64,000 bases of DNA from an uncultured Caldithrix sp. (GTDB taxonomy: Bacteria; Calditrichota; Calditrichia; RBG-13-44-9): positions 53,385 through 117,384 of the forward strand of contig CAYWTB010000004.1 of NCBI GenBank assembly GCA_964461135.1, read 5' to 3'. Under the pieces are notes generated by a model, which saw nothing but the letters and a program-made list of their open reading frames with translations, did not search any database and was not told the origin of the DNA. The position numbers were made by a program, and so were the translations under genes. Shown here piece by piece: positions 45,324 to 55,972 of this stretch. Position 1 is the first letter of the stretch. Each line of letters begins with the position of its first letter.

Positions 45324-47965
45324 TTCTGGGATTTGGTTAAAACCAACTTTTTTAATTCATTTAATTTTAAAAGGGCTTCCAGCGGTGTAATATTTTCAAT
45401 TTCCATTTCTTCCAATTCTTTTTCCACCTCAGATTTACGCATCACATCCAACAGACTGAGCTGGTTACGGTCTGCCGCACTTCCTGATCTCCGGGCAGCC
45501 AGGCGGGGCAAACGGTTTGGGGATAACTCATTGGCTTCCAGGTTGTGCAGCACCTCCTTGGCGCGTTCGATCACCTCCCGCGGCAGTCCTGCCATTTTTG
45601 CCACATGGATACCATAACTGTTATCAATACCCCCTTTTTCAATTTTCCTCAGAAAGATTACCGAATCTTCCACTTCCTTTACCGTGACCCGGTAATTTTT
45701 TATTCTCGGATAGAGCTTCTCAAGTTCCGTTAATTCGTGATAATGTGTGGCAAACAACGTTTTTGCCGCTACTTTTTTGCTATTATGAAGAAATTCAGTA
45801 ACCGCCCAGGCCAGCGAGAGCCCGTCGTAGGTTGAGGTACCTCTGCCAATTTCATCCAGAATGATCAGGCTCCCTGGAGTTGCATTATTGAGGATATTTG
45901 CTGTTTCCAGCATTTCAACCAGAAAAGTGCTCTCTCCGAAAGCCAGGTTATCAGAAGCACCTACCCGGGTGAATATACGGTCAACAATTCCCAGACTGGC
46001 GGCATCTGCCGGCACAAAACTGCCGAGCTGTGCCATCAAACAGATCAAACCAACCTGCCGCAGGTAAGTGGATTTTCCGGCCATATTGGGACCGGTAAGT
46101 ATCATTAACTGGGTAGTCTGATTATCCAGCCAGGTATCATTGGCAATAAACGGCTGGTCAGGCGGCAGAAGTTTCTCCACCACCGGGTGTCTGCCTCCCG
46201 AAATGCTGATTTGATCTCCCTCCCCCATCTCCGGTTTTACATAATTATTCCCCACGGCCACTTCTGCCAGGTCAGCCAGGCAGTCCAATTCGGCAATCAG
46301 TGCGGCATTCTGCTGAACAGTTTCTCCATAGGTGCTTAACTTCTCCCGAATTTCCTGGAATAAGCGGTACTCCAGTTCATAAATCTTCTCCTCAGCTCCC
46401 AGAATTTTTTCTTCGTACTCCTTCAAATCCGGGGTAATATAACGTTCAGCATTTACCAGGGTCTGCTTGCGAATAAAATAATCCGGGACTTTATCCAGGT
46501 GACTTTTCGTCACCTCGAAATAGTATCCGAATACCTTATTGTAACCCAGTTTTAATGACGATATCTGAGATTTTTCGCGCTCTTCCTTCTGCAGCCGGAT
46601 CAGCCAGTTCTTCCCTTCCCGGCTGATAGTACGCAATTCATCCAGTTCCTGATGATAACCTTCTTTAATAATGCCTCCCTCCGTGATGGTCAGCGGAGGA
46701 TTATCCGCAATGGCGGTCTTCACCAGGTTTATGACATCATCGGGATTTTGAAGGTTGTGTGCATAATAATGGAGAGCGGTATGATCCTGAGATTGCAGGA
46801 TCTCAATCAACGGTTTTACCAGTTCCAGAGAATTTTTCAGGGCAATCAGGTCTCGTGGATTGGCGCGGCCAGTGGAAATACGGCCCATCAACCGTTCCAG
46901 ATCGGAAACATCTCCCAGAATATTACGGATCCCGGTACGGACTTTACTGTTCAGAAAAAACGCCTCCACCCGATTAAGACGCTCTTCTATAGCCGGCAGG
47001 CGCACCAGGGGATGATACAACCAGCGCCTTAGCAGCCGTCCGCCCATTGGGGTAACCGTGTGATCCATGATGGATATCAGGGTACCTTCACTATGATCAC
47101 CCATAATACTGCTGGTTATCTCCAGATTTCGCCGGGTGGTGGTATCCAGAACCATATAATCATCCAGATGAAGGTAAGAGATTTTGCTGATATGAGAAAT
47201 CTTACTGAGATAATTTTCCTTTACATAGTGCAGGATTGCGCCGGCGGCGGTGATACCCAGTGGAAGGTCTTTCAGGCCGAATCCTTTCAGGTTGGGAGTT
47301 CTGAAGTGTTGCAAGAGCGACTCATAACCGTAGGATTTGTGGAATATCCATTCATCCAGTTTGGTAAGGGTGCCGTTCACCCGTTTATCAAAGAGTTGCT
47401 GAAACTGCTCATATTCGCGGGAATTAACCAGGATTTCCCGGGGAGAAATCTGGCGGAAATAGTCCAGCATTCTTTCCAGGGACACTTCGCTCACATAAAA
47501 TTCTCCCGTCGAGACATCACAATAACTGATGCCGGCCCTTTGTCCATCCACCACAACCGCTGCCAGAAAATTATTGTTTTTTCCATCCAGAAGTTTATCG
47601 GATAAGGTGGTGCCGGGAGTTACAATTTCAATGACTTCTCTTTTTACCACCGTTTTGGCCAGTTTTGGATCCTCAACCTGCTCACAGATAGCCACTTTTT
47701 TTCCCGATTGTATTAATTTGGGCAAATAAGATTCCAGTGCATGATAAGGAAATCCGGCCAGCGGAACCTGAGCGGTTTTGCCATGAGACCGTTTGGTGAG
47801 GGCGATTCCCAGGACTTTACTGATAATTTTTGCGTCCTCATAAAAAGTTTCATAAAAATCCCCCATGCGATAGAGAAGTATTTTGTCCTGGTGTTTGGCC
47901 TTTATTTTTAAATACTGCTCCATTAAAGGCGTGGTATTGTTTTTTTTCTTTCCTGTGTCTTTCAC
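45320..47965 (-). CDS. mutS: DNA mismatch repair protein MutS.
   Basis: 881 aa. The N-terminal mismatch-binding region contains TPLMEQYLKIKAKHQDKILLYRMGDFYETF with the GxFxE motif. The Walker A is GPNMAGKST. Confidence 0.95.
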   Translation of the reverse strand: MKDTGKKKNNTTPLMEQYLKIKAKHQDKILLYRMGDFYETFYEDAKIISKVLGIALTKRSHGKTAQVPLAGFPYHALESYLPKLIQSGKKVAICEQVEDPKLAKTVVKREVIEIVTPGTTLSDKLLDGKNNNFLAAVVVDGQRAGISYCDVSTGEFYVSEVSLERMLDYFRQISPREILVNSREYEQFQQLFDKRVNGTLTKLDEWIFHKSYGYESLLQHFRTPNLKGFGLKDLPLGITAAGAILHYVKENYLSKISHISKISYLHLDDYMVLDTTTRRNLEITSSIMGDHSEGTLISIMDHTVTPMGGRLLRRWLYHPLVRLPAIEERLNRVEAFFLNSKVRTGIRNILGDVSDLERLMGRISTGRANPRDLIALKNSLELVKPLIEILQSQDHTALHYYAHNLQNPDDVINLVKTAIADNPPLTITEGGIIKEGYHQELDELRTISREGKNWLIRLQKEEREKSQISSLKLGYNKVFGYYFEVTKSHLDKVPDYFIRKQTLVNAERYITPDLKEYEEKILGAEEKIYELEYRLFQEIREKLSTYGETVQQNAALIAELDCLADLAEVAVGNNYVKPEMGEGDQISISGGRHPVVEKLLPPDQPFIANDTWLDNQTTQLMILTGPNMAGKSTYLRQVGLICLMAQLGSFVPADAASLGIVDRIFTRVGASDNLAFGESTFLVEMLETANILNNATPGSLIILDEIGRGTSTYDGLSLAWAVTEFLHNSKKVAAKTLFATHYHELTELEKLYPRIKNYRVTVKEVEDSVIFLRKIEKGGIDNSYGIHVAKMAGLPREVIERAKEVLHNLEANELSPNRLPRLAARRSGSAADRNQLSLLDVMRKSEVEKELEEMEIENITPLEALLKLNELKKLVLTKSQK

Positions 47966-48085
47966 ATCAAATCCCGGTTAGAAAACGGCAAACGGTAAAA
48001 TACATATTATTTCCCGCCAATTCAAATGGTGAAACACGGCGTTCGTCAATCAATACGTAAATCGATCAAAGATGTTCAGGAATGT

Positions 48086-51000
48086 CTATTTTAAGACTTT
48101 ATCAATTGAGGGTTCGATTGGTAACGTGAAATAAAAAACACTTCCCTTTTTCTTCTCGCTCTCCACCCAGATGTCTCCACCATGCAAATTGATTATTTCT
48201 TTACAGATTGCAAGTCCCAGACCGGTTCCGGAAGATTTGGGAGTCATTTCCGAATCCACCTGTTCGTATTTTTCAAAAACTGTCTGCAACTTATCAGGAT
48301 CAATGCCCGGTCCACTGTCCCGCACCCCGATGCGGGCAAAAAGTTTGTTTTCTCCCTTGATTTCCTGGGAATATATATCACTGGAAATAATAATACCGGT
48401 CTCTTCCGGTGTGTGCTTTATGGCATTACTCAGCAGGTTGTTCATGACCTGTTCGATGCGCAGGCCGTCAAAATATAATAGCGGCAGGTTGGAATTCAAT
48501 TTGGTCTCCATTGAGATCTTTTTGTTCTTGAGCAGAACGCGATGATTTTCCACAATTCTCTCTATAATGGAATTTATTTCTCCAACCTTCGGTTCAATTC
48601 CGAATTTTCCCACTTCCAGTTTGGATGCCACCAAAAAATTATCCACCAGGTTCAGAACTTTTTTGACATTTTCTTTGGCAATATCAAGGAGTTCTTCCTG
48701 TTCAACATTTATATCCCCCACCACCCGGGTTCTGATTAATTCAATGAATCCCTGAATTACATTCAAGGGAGAACGGAGATCATGAACAATCATGGAATTG
48801 AAATCGGCCTTCAATCTTTCCAGTTTTTTAATGACGCGCAGATCATTCAGAACCAGAAAATATCCCTGACTTCCTTTCTGCTGCCGAAAAGGAAATATAT
48901 AAGTGGAAACCGGAATGACTTCTCCGCCGGAGGAAATCAGCTCAAGCTCGACATTTTCTATATTTTTCTTCTTTTGTTCCTGGACGTCTGTTACCTGCCG
49001 GGATATTTCCACCAGTTTGGTTTTGCTTTCATCAGAAAAATGCTGAATAAGGGGTTTATTGAGCAGGTTTTTCCTGCTGAATCCCACCAGCTTTTCAAAA
49101 GCGGGATTCACATAAAGGATCTGATGTCCGGTTGAAGCGGTTACCAGAGCAAGAGTCATGGTTTCCGCCAGCGTCCGGTACCGCTCTTCCGAAATCTGAA
49201 GACTCTCATACAAAGATGAATTTTCAATGGCCACAGCAGCCTGGTTGGCAAAATATTCCAACGAAATAACCTTGTCTTCATTGGGCTTCATTCTGTCCAC
49301 CGGATCTCTCACCACCAGAAAACCATGGGTGTTCTGGCGGGATTCAATGGGGATCAGCAAGAGGTCCTGGTTTTTCCATTCGGTGACCACATTATCCAGA
49401 AATCCATTCTCGCTTTGCCCGATATCCAGAGGATTAGTGTCATAAAAATAGGAATGACTTATTTTGCGGCAATCCAGCAGAAATTTTTCAACAGTTTTCT
49501 GTTCGGCAGATTCCTTCAAATTGATGGGGATATCTTCCGTCTTGTCGAATCCCAATCTGCTGATGGTTTTGTATCTCTTCTGATACTCATTTATCCGCAG
49601 GACGGCCACATCATTCCAGCCCAGGGTCTTCCGGATGCTCCGGGTAATTCTTTCCAGAATTGCCTGAAGGCTCAGTTCCAGTTTAAGTTCATTCCCCAGT
49701 TCGAAAATACGCGCAAGTTGGCGAAGCTTAAGATTCGCTTCCTTTACAATGTAGGTATCTTCCAAAACCTTTCTGATCCTGTCCACCAGAAGAGAAATCT
49801 GGTTGACTTCCCAGGAGGTAAACGGGGACTTACCAATACCCCGGTTAACGATAAAAACACCGATTTCTTCTCTCTGCAGGCAGATGGGAGCAATAATCAG
49901 CTGCTGGTAATCCAGTTTTTTAAAGGTATCCAGGGTGGATTTATCAAACTGAGAATTTTCATAAACATTATCAATTATAACCACCTTGTTATTGGTGATC
50001 GTCTGATTAAATTTAGAGTTGCGGGACAAGTAAAGAACTGTTTTTTCCAGGGATTTCCAGGATGCTTTCTCTTCCGTCCCATAGCTGAACTTGGGAAACA
50101 GGAATCCAAATCCTCTATTAATCTGCCAGAAAATAGTATTATCGGCTTTGGAAATTGTATTTATTTTTTTGCAGGAAAGCTGCAGAATGGAATCTTCCGA
50201 AAACCGGTTGTAGACCAGTTGTTCCGTGAAATCATCACGCGGTTCCACACTTTTCCCCATCAGCATGAGATTGTACAGTTTCAACCCTATTAAATCATTG
50301 ATTTCCCTTAGAAAATTGGTTCCGCTTTTACTTTTGCGCAGCAGGTTAACCTGTCCCAGAATCATTCCACCCAGAGGCAGGTTCTGATTGATAATGGGGA
50401 AAAAGTAAATCTGTTTAACTCCCCATCCCCATTCGGACAGTTTCCGGAAGAGGGTCGGATCTTCAGTAGTAGATACCTGAAACATCCGTTGCTGTTTCAT
50501 CCAGACGGCGGCCAGTTTTTCCAGGTTAGGGGTTAGAATTGCACTGGTTCTATGATGAGGAGGGATAAATTGACTAAAATACTTGATCTGAGTCAATTCG
50601 GGATCAAAAGAAAACAGGGAGATATAATCATACGGTAATATTTTGGGCAGAAAGTTGATCAGTCTCTCAAAAAGTGTACTTACCCGGTTTTCTTTATTGA
50701 TGATTTTGGTACATTTTAATAAATTTTCAGAATATTCACGGCTGCTGAACTGTTCCAGATCCGTTTTTTCTCTGCGCAGAACAGCTTTAATATTATGGGC
50801 AATAATCTCAGCCGGCGTATTATTCTGCAGCACAATGGATTTGTTTAGATCTCCCAGGCTCTGCAAACGGCTAAGGGGAATTTGATCCGAAAGAATGAAG
50901 ATAATACCGGTATCCTGCAGGATAGGTGATTTAAACAGCACCAGCACCTTCTCATTCATCAGGAGTTCGGAATGAATATGGGCAATTAAGAGATGAGGAC

Positions 51001-51148
51001 GGATTTTCTTTATAAATTCTTCAATTTCCAGAAGATCCGGGAAATAAAACATTTCAACATCTTCATGCACGATATTCTGCTGAAGATAGGAAAAAAGCTC
51101 CCGGTCAGGAGCATGGATAACAAGTTTTAGGTATTTCTCTTCAACCAT
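48086..51148 (-). CDS. Cytoplasmic multi-sensor histidine kinase: N-terminal pseudo-receiver-like region, GAF/PAS modules, HisKA and HATPase_c.
   Basis: 1020 aa with no obvious TM helices. The H-box is MIVHDLRSPLNVIQGF, and the ATPase region contains RDSGPGIDPDK...GTGLGLAICKEI. The N-terminal ~120 aa is shaped like a receiver but has no clear phospho-Asp context. Confidence 0.8.
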   Translation of the reverse strand: MVEEKYLKLVIHAPDRELFSYLQQNIVHEDVEMFYFPDLLEIEEFIKKIRPHLLIAHIHSELLMNEKVLVLFKSPILQDTGIIFILSDQIPLSRLQSLGDLNKSIVLQNNTPAEIIAHNIKAVLRREKTDLEQFSSREYSENLLKCTKIINKENRVSTLFERLINFLPKILPYDYISLFSFDPELTQIKYFSQFIPPHHRTSAILTPNLEKLAAVWMKQQRMFQVSTTEDPTLFRKLSEWGWGVKQIYFFPIINQNLPLGGMILGQVNLLRKSKSGTNFLREINDLIGLKLYNLMLMGKSVEPRDDFTEQLVYNRFSEDSILQLSCKKINTISKADNTIFWQINRGFGFLFPKFSYGTEEKASWKSLEKTVLYLSRNSKFNQTITNNKVVIIDNVYENSQFDKSTLDTFKKLDYQQLIIAPICLQREEIGVFIVNRGIGKSPFTSWEVNQISLLVDRIRKVLEDTYIVKEANLKLRQLARIFELGNELKLELSLQAILERITRSIRKTLGWNDVAVLRINEYQKRYKTISRLGFDKTEDIPINLKESAEQKTVEKFLLDCRKISHSYFYDTNPLDIGQSENGFLDNVVTEWKNQDLLLIPIESRQNTHGFLVVRDPVDRMKPNEDKVISLEYFANQAAVAIENSSLYESLQISEERYRTLAETMTLALVTASTGHQILYVNPAFEKLVGFSRKNLLNKPLIQHFSDESKTKLVEISRQVTDVQEQKKKNIENVELELISSGGEVIPVSTYIFPFRQQKGSQGYFLVLNDLRVIKKLERLKADFNSMIVHDLRSPLNVIQGFIELIRTRVVGDINVEQEELLDIAKENVKKVLNLVDNFLVASKLEVGKFGIEPKVGEINSIIERIVENHRVLLKNKKISMETKLNSNLPLLYFDGLRIEQVMNNLLSNAIKHTPEETGIIISSDIYSQEIKGENKLFARIGVRDSGPGIDPDKLQTVFEKYEQVDSEMTPKSSGTGLGLAICKEIINLHGGDIWVESEKKKGSVFYFTLPIEPSIDKVLK

Positions 51149-51203
51149 GTAAAAGTATAATTTTCATGTAATTTAGGTATAGATGCTCATAGATTCAAAG
51201 CCT

Positions 51204-51983
51204 TTAACGAGTTTTGTTTAAAGAATTCATTTGGTAGATCCGGTATAACCCTTCCAGTACCAGATGAGGATAAAAAGCCTCGATATATCTGGTTTTGGGT
51301 TGAATGAGGCGTGCCAGCCCACCGGTTGCTATAATTCTCGGCTTCTCTCCCAGTTCCTGAATAATGTCTTCCAGCAGGCCATCTACAATTTTAATGGTAC
51401 CAATCATAATTCCCGCCTGCATACTATGTTCAGTGGTCCGACCAATAACCTGGGGCGGAAAATCCAGCGCAATCTTGGGAAGTTTTGCTGCCCTCTCGTA
51501 AAGTGCCCAGGCGGTAGTTTCAATACCGGGGGAAATAATTCCGCCCAGATACTCTCCCTTCCCGTTAACCACATCGAAGGTGGTGGCCGTTCCCAGATCC
51601 ACAACCACTACAGCCTGCCGGTATTTTTGATAAGCAGCGACCGCCGTACAAATTCTGTCTGCACCCACGGTAGACGGATCGGTATAAAGAATTTTGATTC
51701 CCAGATTTAATTCATGACTTACAATAACCGGAGTAATTTCCAGATATTTCTCACAGATTTTTTCAAAAATGAAGGTTTTATTAGGAACCACGGAAGCAAG
51801 GCCCACGCCCCTGATATCATTAAAGAGGATTCCTTCATGATTCAGAAAATGGGTTATATAGACCATGTATTCGTCTTCCGTCCGGTCAGCATTTGAAGAG
51901 ATCCTCCAACTGCGGAAAAGTTTATCATCCCGGAAAACACCTATTTCTATCTGGGTATTACCGATATCTATGGTAAGAATCAT
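51204..51983 (-). CDS. coaX: Type III pantothenate kinase.
   Basis: The N-terminal MILTIDIGNTQIEIGVF matches the CoaX family, and the gene is adjacent to birA. Confidence 0.9.
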   Translation of the reverse strand: MILTIDIGNTQIEIGVFRDDKLFRSWRISSNADRTEDEYMVYITHFLNHEGILFNDIRGVGLASVVPNKTFIFEKICEKYLEITPVIVSHELNLGIKILYTDPSTVGADRICTAVAAYQKYRQAVVVVDLGTATTFDVVNGKGEYLGGIISPGIETTAWALYERAAKLPKIALDFPPQVIGRTTEHSMQAGIMIGTIKIVDGLLEDIIQELGEKPRIIATGGLARLIQPKTRYIEAFYPHLVLEGLYRIYQMNSLNKTR

Positions 51984-52843
51984 ACCGTCCTTTCATTATT
52001 TATAAGCCACAAATCCCCGGCAGACACTGTTATCTTCCTCCCATCCTGGCTTAAAATCAAATTTCCATAGTTATCGATGCCATCCTGAACGCCGGTTTTA
52101 ACTTCATTTTTGAGAAATATCTTCACTTCCCGCCCCTGATAAACCAGAAATTTTTCATATTCAGTAATAATATTATCGAAATTCCTTTGCACCGTTTCAT
52201 TAAAATTGTGATAATAATATTTTATCAATTCATTCAGAACCTGAGATATCTCCAGCTGCGAACCGGTGCACATTTTTAAGGATATGGCAGATTTCCGTAA
52301 TTCCGGCGGGAAATCCGCAGATACCTGGTTTATGTTAATGCCAATACCTGCAATGATATGTTGTATTTTATTTTTTACAGTATCACTTTCCAGTAAAATC
52401 CCGCAAATCTTCCGGCCATCAACCAGAATATCATTAGGCCACTTCAGTTGAACCTGCGGTTTTAAAACCTTTTCAGCTGTGGCGATTTTATGTTCCAGAA
52501 ATTGACGCATAATGAGAGCAGAGGTTAGATTTACCAGGTTGATCGATTTAGCACCGATAGCAGGACGAAGAATGACAGAAAACCACAGACCCAGTCCCGC
52601 CGGACTCCACCATGGCCGGTTGTGGCGTCCCTTTCCACTGGTTTGTTCTGCCGCATAAACCACCGTCCAGGCAGATTCCCCCCTTTTAGCCAGTTGAGCC
52701 GCCTCGGTATTGGTACTACCTAATGAGGGGTAAAAAAGAATTTTAACCTGCTGACTCCCCTCCACCGGAATTTGCCATTGTTTTTGTTCCATCGTATTAC
52801 TAGAATTTACCGGAAAATATAACCATGATTCTGTGTGGTTCAA
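51980..52843 (-). CDS. birA: Biotin--[acetyl-CoA-carboxylase] ligase (no N-terminal HTH evident).
   Basis: AAEQTSGKGRHNRPWWSPAGLGLWFSVIL contains the GRGRxGRxW biotin-binding loop. There is a 4-bp overlap with coaX. Confidence 0.85.
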   Translation of the reverse strand: MNHTESWLYFPVNSSNTMEQKQWQIPVEGSQQVKILFYPSLGSTNTEAAQLAKRGESAWTVVYAAEQTSGKGRHNRPWWSPAGLGLWFSVILRPAIGAKSINLVNLTSALIMRQFLEHKIATAEKVLKPQVQLKWPNDILVDGRKICGILLESDTVKNKIQHIIAGIGININQVSADFPPELRKSAISLKMCTGSQLEISQVLNELIKYYYHNFNETVQRNFDNIITEYEKFLVYQGREVKIFLKNEVKTGVQDGIDNYGNLILSQDGRKITVSAGDLWLINNERTV

Positions 52844-52911
52844 AATTCAAATCAAAGCAGGTTACTCAACATCTGGAATGTTTCAGGCAAGAGATATATA
52901 TTCACTGTAAT

Positions 52912-54555
52912 TTATTCCCGGTACTCTCCGAATATTTTTCTTAAGGAATGGGAGATCTCCCCCACGGTGGCATACTGTTCAACACACTCAATAATAAACG
53001 GCATCACATTGTCAGAACCGGCGGCAGCATTTTCCAGTTTTTGTAAAGAGGTCTGAACTGCATTATTATTACGTTTATGACGCAATTGTTTTAATCTTTC
53101 CACCTGTTTAGCCACCAGTTTTTCATCCACCTTCAGAAGGGTCCGGGGCGGTTCCTGCCCGATCCTGAATTTATTGACACCTACGATGATTTCCTGTTCC
53201 TTTTCAACTTTCTGCTGGAATTTATAGGCGCTTGCGGCAATTTCATTCTGAAAATATTTATTTTTAACAGCCGCCACGGCACCTCCCATCTTATCAATTT
53301 TTTCAATATACTCAAATGCCCGTTGTTCAATTTCATCAGTCAGACTCTCAATGAAATAGGCACCTGCCAGTGGATCCACGGTATCTGCCGATCCGCTTTC
53401 ATGGGCGATAATCTGCTGGGTCCGGATGGCGATCATGGCAGATTCCTCTGTGGGAAGACTGAAGGCTTCATCCCTGGAATTGGTATGAAGGGACTGGGTA
53501 CCACCCAGAACGGCCGCTAGTGCCTGAATAGTGGTACGCACAATATTGTTATCCGGCTGCTGGGCGGTGAGAGTACTGCCGGCAGTCTGAGTATGAAAAC
53601 GCAGCATCATGCTTTTGGGATCTTTCGCCCCGAAGCGTTCTTTCATTATTTTTGCCCACATGCGCCGAGCAGCCCTGAACTTGGCGATTTCCTGAAATAA
53701 ATTGTTATGTGAATTAAAGAAAAAGGAGAGCCTGCCGGCAAAATCATCCACATCCAGTCCGGCATCTATGGCGGCTTGAACATAGGCAATGGCATTGGCA
53801 AAAGTGAAAGCTACTTCCTGGACTGCGGTGGCCCCTGCCTCCCGGATGTGATAGCCGCTGATGGAGATGGTATTCCAGCGCGGCATGCTGGTCTGGCAAT
53901 AACGGAAAATATCGTTAATGATCCGCATGGAGGATTCCGGCGGGAAAATATAAGTACCCCGCGCAATATATTCTTTCAGAATATCATTCTGGATGGTTCC
54001 GGATATTTTACTGAGATCGGCTCCCTGTTTCTTGGCAATGGCTATATACATACTCAGAAGGATACCGGCGGTGGAATTAATGGTCATGGAAGTGGACACT
54101 TTTTCCAGGGGTATTTGGTGAAACAGGATTTCCATGTCTTCCAGAGAATCAATCGCCACACCCACTTTTCCCACTTCTCCTTGTGCCAGGGGATCATCGG
54201 AATCGTATCCGATCTGTGTGGGCAGGTCAAACGCCACCGATAATCCGGTGGTGCCGCTTTCCAGCAGATAACGATAGCGACGGTTGGACTCTCGGGCGGT
54301 AGCAAAGCCTGCATACTGGCGCATGGTCCACAGGCGACCACGGTAAGCGGTAGGCTGCACTCCACGCGTAAAGGGATACTGGCCCGGAAAACCCAGCTTT
54401 TCCATATAATCAAAAGCCGGATCAGGAAGATAGATCCGTTCTATGTCAATGCCGGTATCCGTAACAAATTCAGATTTCCGTTCCGGAAATTTCGAAATGA
54501 CCTTATCAACAACTTCCTGTTCCCACTGTTTCTTCTTGACTTTGATTTTATTCAT
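52912..54555 (-). CDS. Methylmalonyl-CoA mutase family catalytic (N-terminal, substrate-binding) subunit. There is no fused B12-binding domain.
   Basis: 547 aa with typical MCM alpha-barrel segments such as ...[20 protein letters not shown]... and [11 protein letters not shown]. The length matches split-type large subunits. Confidence 0.85.
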   Translation of the reverse strand: MNKIKVKKKQWEQEVVDKVISKFPERKSEFVTDTGIDIERIYLPDPAFDYMEKLGFPGQYPFTRGVQPTAYRGRLWTMRQYAGFATARESNRRYRYLLESGTTGLSVAFDLPTQIGYDSDDPLAQGEVGKVGVAIDSLEDMEILFHQIPLEKVSTSMTINSTAGILLSMYIAIAKKQGADLSKISGTIQNDILKEYIARGTYIFPPESSMRIINDIFRYCQTSMPRWNTISISGYHIREAGATAVQEVAFTFANAIAYVQAAIDAGLDVDDFAGRLSFFFNSHNNLFQEIAKFRAARRMWAKIMKERFGAKDPKSMMLRFHTQTAGSTLTAQQPDNNIVRTTIQALAAVLGGTQSLHTNSRDEAFSLPTEESAMIAIRTQQIIAHESGSADTVDPLAGAYFIESLTDEIEQRAFEYIEKIDKMGGAVAAVKNKYFQNEIAASAYKFQQKVEKEQEIIVGVNKFRIGQEPPRTLLKVDEKLVAKQVERLKQLRHKRNNNAVQTSLQKLENAAAGSDNVMPFIIECVEQYATVGEISHSLRKIFGEYRE

Positions 54556-54743
54556 GGATTAGTCCTGATTGGTGTTTAAATACAGATAAATGAGCCAGAA
54601 TATAACATCAAGTGAAATATTATTCAATTACATAAAATTTATTTGTTTCCCTGAAATAATGGATGACTATTTTTGAAAGCACCGGAACACCCAACTTCCC
54701 ACATCAGCCCAATACCGGCGGAATTAATCCCGAAAGAAAATCT

Positions 54744-55316
54744 TCAGAGCCGCGGATATTCTTTTTGCAGGTATTCAAACAAATTCTGCAATTGCCGTTC
54801 CCAGTACTTTTTCATCTCCCCGGCCGTTCGGGCATCCGGTATTTTATTTTGCTGGACGGTAAGCCGCGTTCTGGTCCCCTCCAGTGGATAGAACCGGACT
54901 TCATATCGACTGGAATCACCACCCCGAATAAAGCGTAGGGAGCTCTCACCCTTTGTGTTAGTAATTTGTATGTTCGAATCTTCCAGCCATTTCCGCCGCA
55001 TTTTCTCATTCAGCCAGGTATCACGAAGTTCGGATGTACCCCACGGAAATGTCCGGGTCTTACTGATCTGGAACCCATCAGGCATCTCATGTATTTTCCG
55101 CTTTCCCCGGACCTGTTCATAACCTACGGTAATCATCTGCTGATACCAGGGACTGAGGCTATAGTGTTCTTTCAGGAAGGTCACAATTTCCTTATGGGAT
55201 CTGGATGTACTTCCTTCCTTATCTATAATTGCAAACCATTCATTCCACTTTTTGCCGGTACTTTTTTCCACGGCCGCATCACTGATGGAAGCTGTTTTTA
55301 CTTTGTTATTAGTCAT
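54744..55316 (-). CDS. Hypothetical protein, probably DUF4287-containing.
   Basis: GKKWNEWFAIIDKEGSTSRSHKEIVTFLKEHYSLSPWYQQMITVGYEQVRG matches my memory of the DUF4287 consensus. This was not verified. Confidence 0.45.
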   Translation of the reverse strand: MTNNKVKTASISDAAVEKSTGKKWNEWFAIIDKEGSTSRSHKEIVTFLKEHYSLSPWYQQMITVGYEQVRGKRKIHEMPDGFQISKTRTFPWGTSELRDTWLNEKMRRKWLEDSNIQITNTKGESSLRFIRGGDSSRYEVRFYPLEGTRTRLTVQQNKIPDARTAGEMKKYWERQLQNLFEYLQKEYPRL

Positions 55317-55747
55317 TTATTCTCCTAAAATTTGTTTGACCTGGAATCTAAAGATGCTTCAAACCGACCTGATATGAAATATATTAACAAAACCTTACCC
55401 AAAATGCAAAATGTAATGGGCTGGATACTGGATGCTGGCTAAACCAGGGACGGTTTAGTCCCGACGGGTCAACCGGAGGTTGACAGGGAGGCGGGAATCT
55501 TTCGCATGGCGACCACTATATAATAATCTTGCCCTTCTGTCCTCGGCATTACCATTCGACTTTACTTACATGTCATCCCTACAGGATTTAGATGGTGGTG
55601 CGGTATCACCTTTTTATATAAACATGTCGCCCTTCTGGGGTTTGGTTCACGAATAACTCAATTTTTAATACATGGATGGGACATCCGCGTCACAGACGTT
55701 TTGTTTTTAGTTTTTTTTGATCTTTGTGAAATCCTGGAAGATTTCAT

Positions 55748-55848
55748 CCCGATTTGTTTTCCGGAGGAAAACGTATTTTTCGGGAATCTTGCTTTTTGCC
55801 AACTAAAGACTGCAGACTACCAACTGTTTTTTTGTCCACGAATTACAC
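55748..55848. repeat. Conserved ~100-bp non-coding core element, copy B. Reverse-complement match to 33154..33256.
   Basis: Same evidence as copy A. Its flanking hairpin ctaaacc-agggac-ggtttag lies at 55439..55458. Compared with copy A, a ~287-bp stretch bounded by a tcccga direct repeat separates the hairpin from the core. Confidence 0.6.
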
Positions 55849-55972
55849 AGCGCAAAGCGCAGAGCGGAAGACAGGAAGCCCTTATCCTTTCTCCCTTATC
55901 CCCTTTCCCCTTTCCTGGCTCCTGACACACTGAATCCTGTTTCCTGGTACCTGAGACCTGGCACATTTAGCC

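Noticed and set aside
48100-48118. GGTTCGATT, resembling a tRNA T-loop.
   Set aside because: There is no acceptor stem, D-arm or anticodon arm in the surrounding sequence. No tRNA or rRNA is evident anywhere in the window.
33154-55848. The inverted repeat pair could be read as the ends of a 22-kb composite transposon or invertible segment.
   Set aside because: The intervening genes are core housekeeping (accBC, gcvH, nadD, lnt, mutS, HU, ruvX, birA, coaX). There is no transposase, integrase or recombinase. The repeats carry hairpins and sit in promoter-proximal positions, so a regulatory or dispersed-repeat interpretation fits better. Inversion mediated by the repeats remains possible but is not supported.
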